NCBI GenBank assembly: GCA_000002445.1
Contig: CH464491.1
Location: forward strand, 1,408,001 to 1,472,000
DNA: 64,000 nucleotides
From: Trypanosoma brucei
Taxonomy: Eukaryota
Direction of reading: 5' to 3'
Under the pieces are notes generated by a model. The model made no database searches. It was not told the DNA's origin and saw only the letters and a list, made by a program, of their open reading frames with translations. Position 1 is the first letter of the stretch, and every line of letters begins with the position of its first letter. Both the position numbers and the translations under genes were made by a program. Shown here in pieces: positions 51,056 to 60,369 of the stretch.

Positions 51056-52659
51056 ATGAACGTTTAGGAAGTTTCTGCCCCGTAACTTCTCACCTTTTTT
51101 TATTTTTGTTACTGTTTCCCATTGCCTAACGGAGCCGATGCATGTTTGTTTGGCTGATGGCGTAGTAGTTTACTTCCTCTTGTTTTTTCCTCTCCCTGTC
51201 TCGTACGAGTTTTGATGAGCGTGTTTATAGGCCGTGAAACTGAGGTACGCTGCGTTAGGTTTGCGAAGTACGTGTGCTTGTGTTGGCGCTGGTGTATTCC
51301 GTTTAATTTTTTCTCTTTGTTTCGGTTTCACCACCCTTCTCTATCTCTCTCTTCATTTCTTTTGGTTGCTTTTGTTGTTATTGCTGTTTCACACCGTTTC
51401 CTTTCACTTCAACCGTTTTCGCGCGGGGTGTTGTACAAGCAAATATATAGATATATACCCATGTACAATTCGTAGAATTTTTGTGTGTGTGCGAGCAGTT
51501 GTATATCTGCCAGCACCATCAAAAAGAGAGGGGGGAAAATGAATGTGGGCCACGAAAGAAAAAAAAAAATAATAACTAAAATAACATAATAAACGCGGGA
51601 TCAGAAGGATGAAAAACTGTGTAAAATGCCGAGTGTGTTGAAGGATGCAGAATGAGGGAGTGATACAGGGAAGGAGATGACGGTGGTGTGAGAAGTCATT
51701 TTTTTAAAAAAAGTTTTGAAGGAAGATGACTTCAACCTTTTTTTTGTTTTAAAGGACTGCATTAAAGGGGGAAAGTAAAAACATTGCCCTATGTATTTAT
51801 ATAATTATATCTCAACTTATATATTTATAATTTTAGGAAAGCTTTCCCCTCGAACGTGTGGGAAGAGAGAAACAAGGAAGAATTATGTACATTGCGTACC
51901 GTTGGCACCGTGTAAGATAACACACCATCACTTTCTTTTTTTTTTTTTGTGGTATTTGTCTCTCACACTTTTTTCGCCGCTTTTTTGTTTATTATTCTAC
52001 ACGACTACTGCGGTACATACATACTTATTTGCATGCATGACCAGACGTCGGTAACTTTGTTCGGTGCCCTTGTCACCGCTGTATTACTGTCCTTGTTGCT
52101 TAAGTTGATGCGGCGGTGAGATTGTCACTCCTTCTTTTCAACGTCAAGTGAGTAGTTATAACGGGGCTCTCGGGTCACCAGCGCAACACGCTCACGCGGA
52201 AAAAAAATATATTGCAAACCAAAACGGTTGTTACAATCCCTCTTATTTCCCTCTTTCAATCATTTATACATTTCCAGTTTACCGTCAACAGTTATTCGGA
52301 ATACACGTCACACGACTGCGGTTCAGCAGGAGAATGCATAAATAGCCAAAGTCGGCGATCCTTGTAGTCGCTGCAATAACTGATTAAAAAAAAAAACAAA
52401 AACAACATGTCAACATATTTCTTGCACATCCCTTCTCCTCATACAACTGTTTGCTTCTGCCGTTCTTGTGAATACCCCTTTCACATTTAGTTCAGCGCCA
52501 CTCTCACAAATCAAGGAAGGAGATCATTGGAGCGGCAAGTTTACGAATTGAGGAGGAAACTGGAGGGGGATAAGCTGACACGCTACCTTTCCTGTCAAAA
52601 AGGTGGATAGGCGGAAACGTGTTTACCTGCGTCGAACGATATTTGCTTCACCGTAAGTG

Positions 52660-53253
52660 ATGGACAAGAGTAAAACGATGGAGATCCTCCGGAGCATGAA
52701 GTTTATGCAACGCAAAGAGGAGGCGAAACGCCGCGAACTGTTTGAAGCAGACCAAAAGAGGCGAATGGAGGAGCGCTTGCGCAAGCCTTCAGCGGCGGGA
52801 AGTGGTACCAGTGGCGCTGGGGATGGCTCTTTTGTTACACCCGCAATAAATGGTCCATCCGCCGACACGGGCCGAAAAACAGCGACGATTTTCTACGATG
52901 TCAACTTTCCCCGTGAACTCTACTCTCACTCACGCCTCTCCTTCGCTGCGAAGGCGTTGGCAACAGCTTCATCTTCTTCAGTTGCTGGAGCAGGAGCGGA
53001 AGAGGCAAGGGAATTCCAGCAGCGTGAAAAAGAGGAGGAAGATTGTGGGTCGCGACACGGTGGAGGTGCTGAACATTCCTCTGATGACGGGGAGTATTGG
53101 GAAGATATTAATGAGAAGGATGCTACAGCTGTTGAGTTTGGAAACAAAAAGAAGCGTTTCTGCGTGAAATCGAATGCCCCGAAGTTACCCAAAGATCTTG
53201 AACGAAAGGTGTCTGGGGTTAAGCGAAAGCGACGCGGAGGCCGGGGCGAGTGA
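52660..53253 (+). CDS. MPP6 (M-phase phosphoprotein 6)-like nuclear exosome cofactor candidate; track start 52657 is GTG
   Basis: The N-terminus MDKSKTMEILRSMKFMQRKEEAKRRELFE carries the MKFMQR signature of Mpp6-family proteins. Small basic/acidic protein with a KRKRRGG tail. Confidence 0.5.
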   Translation: MDKSKTMEILRSMKFMQRKEEAKRRELFEADQKRRMEERLRKPSAAGSGTSGAGDGSFVTPAINGPSADTGRKTATIFYDVNFPRELYSHSRLSFAAKALATASSSSVAGAGAEEAREFQQREKEEEDCGSRHGGGAEHSSDDGEYWEDINEKDATAVEFGNKKKRFCVKSNAPKLPKDLERKVSGVKRKRRGGRGE

Positions 53254-53612
53254 GTAGTTGAAGTACATGTGCTAAATAACAAAACACCAGGCATTGTCGG
53301 ACAATGTTTTTGGTTGTTATTGTTGTCGATTCACGGACCACATCTGTCAGTAGGTGGGAAAATAGGTGGAGTTACCGAGAGGGGTTGGGGGTAGAGGGAC
53401 GATGCGGATGATGGAATCGTACCTTAGTGTCGCAATAATTGGTTTTTCCCGCTTCATTTCTAACGACAGGATGGATGGGTGCTTCGATTGCAGACTACAT
53501 CTTCTTCAACCCCTCATTTTTTCATATTTTGTTCGCTGCGCTGTTATCGCAGCTACATTTAAGGAGACGACGGTAAATATACAGAAGAAAAAATTACATC
53601 AAATAACCGTTC

Positions 53613-55400
53613 ATGGCCGAACTACGGGAAGGTCTTCATCCTCAGACACAGGAGTGTTCTGGTACGAAGTCTGAGACGGACGCAGATGAAAACTTTGAGG
53701 CCATGCGCCACGCCGCCCTTTCAATGTTTAAACAGCGTACCAAAGATCTTACGATGGTTTCAGCCCTCACCGCAGAAGCCGACCAGGTGGAACAACTAAA
53801 CACACAGGTGCAATCAACTATACAGAAACTGCAAGAGCAGAAGGCTTCACTGGAAGCTCAGATTGAGGCGGAGGAGCGTCGAGTCAAGCAGTGGGAAGCA
53901 CAGCTGCGTGAAGTACACGGAATGCTCGCGCAAATGAAGGAGGACCAGACAATGTTTGCGGGTACGCAACGCTCATCCGAAAAAATAGTGCTGACGTTGC
54001 AACATTTCGTCTCACAATACACTGAAAAGGGTGGTGACGTTTCACGTTTGCTGGATCGAGCTCAGGAAGCGACAGGGGGGCGCACGCCTAATGAGTGGCG
54101 CGGGGCTGCTAACGACTTGCGCAGGCGTGGAGTTGTGCTCCGCGAGCACATTGAACAAATCGAGAAGCAACAAATCGTCCCTCAGGCACTCATGGATTTA
54201 ATTATTGAGTGGACAAAAGGCGGGTGGAAAACATCTCCGGATTACTCCCCTGCGCTCTGTGTCTGTGAACAACTCGTTTTCTACGATCCTGAACAAGACG
54301 TAAGGGAGTTGGTAGCCTCGCGGTTGCGTTGGGATGCGGCGAAAAGCAGAACCATAAATGCCTCAACAGAGGGAGCAGAGACACTGGTTGATGACGCCAT
54401 CCGTGAATTGGATGAACTTCTCGAAGCCGTAGCCGCCGTGGAGAGGGAGTGCGAAGATGCTGGTCTCTGTTGCACTTCTACCTTGAAAGACAGTCTAAAC
54501 GGTGTAAAAGAACAGTGGTTAAATGTCCCACAATCACGGCAATTACTCATTGATGGTGTGAGATTGACTGAAGTTTGGAAGAAGCAACTGGAAGAACATG
54601 TTCTGGTGTCCAATCTTGTTTCTGAGCGCGTGGGTACACTGAGTTCTCACATCGATGAAGCTGAATCAAATTTTCAACATGAGAAGAAAAACTCAGAGTC
54701 TTCGAGGGAAATGTGCAACAACCTCCAGCTTTCGTGGACCAAGGCTCTTAATTTGGTGCTGATGCACGAGCGGAACATTGCGATCCGTGAAGTGGCAATA
54801 TGGACTGTAGAGGCGGAGTCACAGAAACTTCAAACAAAGTTGGAATCCATTTTGGCACTGACAGATGCTCGCTGGGGGGCGATCCAAGCGCAAGTAATTC
54901 AGCTCTGTGCCGCCGTTGCTGCGGGGAAACAGGAGGCGGCAGCAGCGCAGTTGCTGTTGGAGGGCACCGCAAAGGATTGCAAGTCAGTGTCAGAAAACCT
55001 CTCCGAACTGCAAGACACTTGTACAAAGTTTGAAGCGGAGTTGCGCCACGAGTGCGAAATGATTCCCGGGAGACTGCCAATATGCTTTACCACAGAGCCT
55101 CCACAATCGGAGGAAGAAACTTCACAGACAGAGGAAGAGGAGGAGAATCTCATTCCTGAGACCACCACACGTCAGGACGTTCTGGACGAATTGCTTAAGT
55201 TTCCTGTGGGCAGCGATGTCGGTTTCACTGCTTCGGCATTAGGCACTGGATTAACTTCAACTGGGCTGGAGGTGGAGTTGTTGCGGTGTGTTGCTCAATG
55301 TGTCATTGCAATGAAAAAGCAGGGACTTGATGTTGAGGAAAAGTATCGTGCGTGGAAGTGTCGCATGGATGAGGAGCTCGCTGCAGCCAATGCCGACTAA
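53613..55400 (+). CDS. hypothetical coiled-coil protein
   Basis: ATG start. Long heptad-rich stretches (QVEQLNTQVQSTIQKLQEQKASLEAQIEAEERRVKQWEAQL). Acidic C-terminal region. Confidence 0.5.
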   Translation: MAELREGLHPQTQECSGTKSETDADENFEAMRHAALSMFKQRTKDLTMVSALTAEADQVEQLNTQVQSTIQKLQEQKASLEAQIEAEERRVKQWEAQLREVHGMLAQMKEDQTMFAGTQRSSEKIVLTLQHFVSQYTEKGGDVSRLLDRAQEATGGRTPNEWRGAANDLRRRGVVLREHIEQIEKQQIVPQALMDLIIEWTKGGWKTSPDYSPALCVCEQLVFYDPEQDVRELVASRLRWDAAKSRTINASTEGAETLVDDAIRELDELLEAVAAVERECEDAGLCCTSTLKDSLNGVKEQWLNVPQSRQLLIDGVRLTEVWKKQLEEHVLVSNLVSERVGTLSSHIDEAESNFQHEKKNSESSREMCNNLQLSWTKALNLVLMHERNIAIREVAIWTVEAESQKLQTKLESILALTDARWGAIQAQVIQLCAAVAAGKQEAAAAQLLLEGTAKDCKSVSENLSELQDTCTKFEAELRHECEMIPGRLPICFTTEPPQSEEETSQTEEEEENLIPETTTRQDVLDELLKFPVGSDVGFTASALGTGLTSTGLEVELLRCVAQCVIAMKKQGLDVEEKYRAWKCRMDEELAAANAD

Positions 55401-55906
55401 GTGGTCGGATGAGTGTGAATGATTTATTACTTCAGGCTACTTTTTTTTCACTTATGATACTTGTTTTTTTTTTAAAAGAATACTGTACATATGTATGTTT
55501 CTGCATCGCTTTTTGGTTTGTTTCACATTCACAGGGCCTTGCTTTGGCAGTTCGTGAAGAAAAGATTTTTTTTCTTTTTTGCAAAGCTGGTGATGGACAC
55601 ATCACCTGACAGCTTGGAGGTAGATCCAAGGGATCAAACCAAATAACTCAAAAAGTTTCATCGTTTTTCATTTATTTTCGTTGTAATGGCTTAGCAGCGC
55701 TGAACATTCAATGTTCGTAGGTTTTTCCTTGTTTCACGTGTTTCAACTTATTTGATTTTTTTTTCGCAATTGCTGCACAGTGCACCCGGTTCAGTCGGCG
55801 TCCGTTTTCTTTAAAATATTAATGACAGATGACGAAACTTCTTGTAGCCTTGCCTTGTAGTTTTCTCTGAGTGACTGTTGTTGTACCAATTTTGCGACAT
55901 AATCAA

Positions 55907-55953
55907 ATTCATTCACTGTCTCTTATTTACACATTTTTTTTTTTACGTCCATT
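55907..55953 (+). promoter_or_regulatory. polypyrimidine tract + AG: candidate trans-splice acceptor for the DnaJ gene
   Basis: tgtctcttatttacacatttttttttttacgtccattctccccccAG lies about 210 nt upstream of ATG 56162. Confidence 0.4.
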
Positions 55954-56161
55954 CTCCCCCCAGGTTCATTTAGTCGTGACCTACCGGTTAGCAGGTGATA
56001 GTTTCATTTCATTGTAATCAAAACAAGACGTGGGGGTGACGAAAGAAGAAAAACGAGTTTTTGTGCGCGAAATAAGTACAAAAGTAGAAGGGGGTATCAG
56101 TCAAGGAGAGGACATCAGGAGGAGATATCGCCATTAAAACAGAGAGACGGAGTGGAGAATC

Positions 56162-58462
56162 ATGCAGTTGCATTTATCTTCAATCAGCATGATGTGTTTG
56201 CTGTTAGTAACACTGCAGTTGTCCTTCACCCCAAAGGTAACGAATGCCTCCATTTTTGGACAACCTAATGACCGTGATCTGTATGGTCTACTGGGTGTGT
56301 CACGTGGCTCCACAAAGGCCGAAATTAAGCGAGCATTCCGTACGATAACGCGGGAGCACCACCCCGACATGCAAGAGGGTGCTGAAGCAAAGGAAAAAGC
56401 CAAGGAATACATGGCAAAAGTGCTTGTCGCGTATAATATTCTATCAGATGATATCAAACGCAGTGATTATGATCAGTTCGGAAGGATTGCTGGTGAACGG
56501 CTTAACGCGGCAGATTTTACATCCGATGAGTTATTCGAGCGCTTTAATCAGCATCCACCTATTTTATCGAAATCTTTGCAACTGGAGAATCTCATAGTCT
56601 TGCGAAGGATTCTCAACTTCCGCGGAAACCGACTTTTCCTCCTTCAAGTGTACGATGACACGTGCAAGTCATGTCAATTGTTCTCTTCAGTGTGGGAGAA
56701 TCTTGTGCACTCCACCCTCGTTGAATCGGGTGCAGTTGTGCTGTTACGTATTGACGCCTATTCTGACGAGGGTCCGGAACTGCTTAAGGAACTTCATGCT
56801 TCATACGACAAGGAAGTGAAGGTTTATGGTATTGCAGATGGGGTGGTGTGGAACATGCCACAGATGGCCGTCGCGGTGAAGAGTAACAGTCAGCGTCAAT
56901 TGGATTACGCCTTAATGGAGTTCGTTGGCAACTTTTTTTATGACCGACGTGCCGAGGTGAATTCAATGGGCAATGTGGAGGATGTACAAGTTCTCCTTCA
57001 ATGGCTGCGGGAGCGCCGTTCTGAGGGCGATTCCGTTCGCGTTTTGCTTCCCCCACTTGCAACAAACGATATGGGGGTGGCTTTATCCGCTCTATACGAA
57101 GGTTCAGCACTGGTTCGCAGTGTTCCACGGGCAGTGCTACTGAGTCTTGTTGAAGAATACTGTGCGCAATCCGTTGATGTGCTCGGTGGTGGTGGTGAGC
57201 CCGTTCCCTTACCAGAGTTTGTGGTCGCTTCGGTTGAGCAATTACCTAATATATCTAGTGATGAATCCGCTGGTAATAAAAGTCAAATGAGAAGTTGTAG
57301 AGGGATAGTAGTTGGAGCTGCTGCTGCCCTGACCTACCGCAAGGCCGTTAATTTCCTGAAGGAGAGTTTTCCACAACGTCACCTCGGCATGTCAGGTCTT
57401 ACGCATGTTACCAGTGTATCTTTCTTTGATATATGCAAAAAACACTGTTTGCTTTGGTTACGTGATAACTGCGAGGGTGAGCCCACCGGCACTTGGTTGG
57501 AAGCGTTAAGAGGTGACTACAAACCGTTCAAAGTGGGTTACATCTGTTTGAGCTCCGAGCCTTCTCTTAGGGATGCAGTTCCTCTGCCTTTGGGCACAAC
57601 GGGGAACTTACTCCTGGCTCTTGTCGATGGTGACGATAGTAAGCTTCACGTGATGCCGGACATTCCTGATAAGGTAAACATAGCGCAGTCACTGTCCAGT
57701 ATACTTGCAGAAGTTGGTTCCACCACACCACTGCAACTTGATGCACCACTTTCCCGCATTCTGTCGTCAGTACCGTTCCGAATGTCACGCAATCAATACT
57801 TATACATGTGTTTCCTCTGGATTTTTGGCCTGGTGTATCCATTCTTCTCTACGTGTTACCCCTTTTTCATGATGTTTGTGACGCACAAGTTGTTACAGCG
57901 GTATAACCTTCTCGGAAACAACAGAAATGACAACAACAGTCAGACAAACGAACAGCCATCGGGTGCGTCCAACACCTGCAGCCGCTGTAGCGGCACCGCC
58001 CCTTCAGGCAGTTGTAAATCCACCGCTTCAGTCACCCGTGGAAGCGCATGTGATAATGGTACATCTAGCAAAGAGGTTATTTCGTGCCCTATTGAGGTTT
58101 ACACCTCAGCTGATTTGAGGGAGGCAAAAGATGGTCGAGGGTTTCTTATACTAATCTTTGCCGAAAACGGTAAAACTATTGAGCCGCCACAGTGTTTCGC
58201 GAAGGACTCACGCTTTGTCTTCCGCGCTGTTCCAGAAGATGACACCCTGTGGAGGCAGTGGCTTTCGCAACATGTGACTTCCACACACACGGGCGGTGCA
58301 GAAGAAAATGGCTTGAATAAGGGGGGTGCATTGCATGTTGTTGCGATCCGTCGGGGGAAAATGCTCGCTGCAATTAAATCCCTGTGTGCTTCGGTGGAGG
58401 CCTGGTTGTTTGATATGGCTGATGGTACAATTGTCGCTGACTTACCGCTTCCGGAGCTGTGA
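56162..58462 (+). CDS. DnaJ (J-domain) protein with thioredoxin-like CxxC region and C-terminal TM segment (DNAJC16/ERdj-like)
   Basis: Signal peptide MQLHLSSISMMCLLLVTLQLSF. J domain DLYGLLGVSRGSTKAEIKRAFRTITREHHPDM...YDQFG with an HPD motif. CxxC in VYDDTCKSCQLF. Hydrophobic segment YLYMCFLWIFGLVYPFFSTCYPFFMMFV. PolyY/AG at 55907-55953. Confidence 0.8.
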   Translation: MQLHLSSISMMCLLLVTLQLSFTPKVTNASIFGQPNDRDLYGLLGVSRGSTKAEIKRAFRTITREHHPDMQEGAEAKEKAKEYMAKVLVAYNILSDDIKRSDYDQFGRIAGERLNAADFTSDELFERFNQHPPILSKSLQLENLIVLRRILNFRGNRLFLLQVYDDTCKSCQLFSSVWENLVHSTLVESGAVVLLRIDAYSDEGPELLKELHASYDKEVKVYGIADGVVWNMPQMAVAVKSNSQRQLDYALMEFVGNFFYDRRAEVNSMGNVEDVQVLLQWLRERRSEGDSVRVLLPPLATNDMGVALSALYEGSALVRSVPRAVLLSLVEEYCAQSVDVLGGGGEPVPLPEFVVASVEQLPNISSDESAGNKSQMRSCRGIVVGAAAALTYRKAVNFLKESFPQRHLGMSGLTHVTSVSFFDICKKHCLLWLRDNCEGEPTGTWLEALRGDYKPFKVGYICLSSEPSLRDAVPLPLGTTGNLLLALVDGDDSKLHVMPDIPDKVNIAQSLSSILAEVGSTTPLQLDAPLSRILSSVPFRMSRNQYLYMCFLWIFGLVYPFFSTCYPFFMMFVTHKLLQRYNLLGNNRNDNNSQTNEQPSGASNTCSRCSGTAPSGSCKSTASVTRGSACDNGTSSKEVISCPIEVYTSADLREAKDGRGFLILIFAENGKTIEPPQCFAKDSRFVFRAVPEDDTLWRQWLSQHVTSTHTGGAEENGLNKGGALHVVAIRRGKMLAAIKSLCASVEAWLFDMADGTIVADLPLPEL

Positions 58463-59058
58463 CGAAACCAGTCATTTTTAGCGTACGTTTCTACGTCTTT
58501 TCCATTTTGTTGTAACCTCTTCTTCTTTTCTTCACTTCCGAGGCTCGCGGTGGAATGAGGTACAGATACTTTTGACATTTTTTAAAAAAAATGACAACAC
58601 AGCGGATTAACGAGTGACCTTTCGGAATTCTTTGATATTGTAAGTAATTTGTGTGCATAGATGGTATTTTGTATCGTTACCTCTCCCATGGTTCGTTTCC
58701 TTCTCTTACAGTCGTGCGAAACATTTTTGTTACATAGTCGCGGCGAAAGCTTCTTCTTACAGCACCACCTTTTCCCGTACCCCCGGGTATTTTGCATGCT
58801 ATTTTTTTTTGTTGTTGTTGCTTTTACCTGTTGACTCCAATTACTCGTCTACGGCGCTTAAACCTTTCGCTGCGCTCATCATTGTGTAACTCCCTTTCGG
58901 ACCCCCTTTCGATAATACCCATGGCAAATACAGATTAAAAAAGGAAGGAGGGGAACGTACACAATAGACGAAAATAAGATAAAAATAGAAAACGTATTTG
59001 ATTTTGTTGGCTAAAACAGCACATTTTCCCGTTCTGTGATTACGTGAAATAGGCTTCT

Positions 59059-59766
59059 ATGAGTGCTTCTGGAAGTGGAGTGGCTGCCATCTATGGCAGG
59101 GCGGAGGAGGCCCAAAATGCCCCGGTGAAGCTGCAGCCAGTCCCCGCTTTTGAACTCTATAAAGCTGCACGCGAGGAGGAGCTGTGTTCGTACCGCAGCC
59201 TTTGTCGGGTGTTGTGTATGCACAGCGGCGGGAAGTTGACCAAACAACAACGACGGATTTTGGAGGACATGCGGGAGGAGTTGTGTTTGCCCACGGAGCG
59301 CGCCGAAGCCGAATTGGCGGCGGCCCGGGAGGATGTTTTGGTCACGAGTGTTGCCGCCTCTGGTGTGTTGAAGCGTCGCCAGGATTTTTTTGATGGGGTC
59401 ACTGATGTTCCTCTTGACACACTGAGCTACGCGGAGTCTGCGAAGGATGATAATAATTCCTTATACGTCGCACAAACGAAAGTGGCGAGAACAGAGCAGA
59501 TTGTCGGTGGTGTTCACGGTCGTCATGCAGCTCCAAGTAAGATGTCGATCCGAGAGATTCATAAAAACTTGGAGCGAATCGGGAGGGAAGTTGCTGCAAC
59601 TAGCAGTAAGTTGCTTTACTGCACCTCTGTGGTAGATCAACAAGCGTACCGTAACGTACTGCAACAGAAGCGGGAACAACTTCAAGCGATGCTTAGGGAA
59701 GTGGAGGATGCCCCTCCAGACATGTCTGGTATCGCCAGTGTAATGCCTTCAGAGCATGTCTACTGA
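59059..59766 (+). CDS. ENT (EMSY N-terminal)-domain protein
   Basis: SYRSLCRVLCMHSGGKLTKQQRRILEDMREELCLPTERAEAELAAAREDVLVTSVA parallels the human EMSY ENT segment ISALRAQGDLTKEKKDLLGELSKVLSISTERHRAEVRRAVNDERLTTIA. Confidence 0.55.
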   Translation: MSASGSGVAAIYGRAEEAQNAPVKLQPVPAFELYKAAREEELCSYRSLCRVLCMHSGGKLTKQQRRILEDMREELCLPTERAEAELAAAREDVLVTSVAASGVLKRRQDFFDGVTDVPLDTLSYAESAKDDNNSLYVAQTKVARTEQIVGGVHGRHAAPSKMSIREIHKNLERIGREVAATSSKLLYCTSVVDQQAYRNVLQQKREQLQAMLREVEDAPPDMSGIASVMPSEHVY

Positions 59767-60369
59767 TGGTGGTTTGTATTGGTTTCCCCCTTCTCTCTCT
59801 ATCCTCCCCTCTTCTGTTTACTTTTTAATTTTTATTTGATGCGTATTTGGTTGCACTTTGTGGGTCTCAGACTGCTCTCTGGTGGTGGTGTTGGTGATTA
59901 TGGTGTAATTGTTGTGTTTGATTCGGGTTGGACCCACTTGATTCCACGCATCGTGTATTCCTCTTTTTTTATATCCCTTTTCACATACCGGTGGTGGCAG
60001 GTGGAGGAAGGCGCTTCGTATGCTTTTCCCTAATTGCCCTGACCAGTAACAATTAAAGAAGGAAACATCCCTGAAATTATGACAGCAGCGAATTGGTGTA
60101 CGCCCTTTTTGTGGATTGCTGCAAAGGTTTCCGTGACGTACTATTATTTCTGCTCTCAGCCTACTTTGTGCTATACTGGAGCGTTGTGTTACTCTGTGGG
60201 TAGCGGCGTTACCTCCCTTCTTATCATTGTTATCGCTCACCTTTGCCATTTTGGAGTGACCGTCTTTTTCTTCTTCTCAAATTGTGTTGACACTTTCTTC
60301 TACATATCTATCTAGCGTCCCGTTGCGACTCATTGTTGTGTCGTAAAGTAAGACAGCATTACGAATGGA

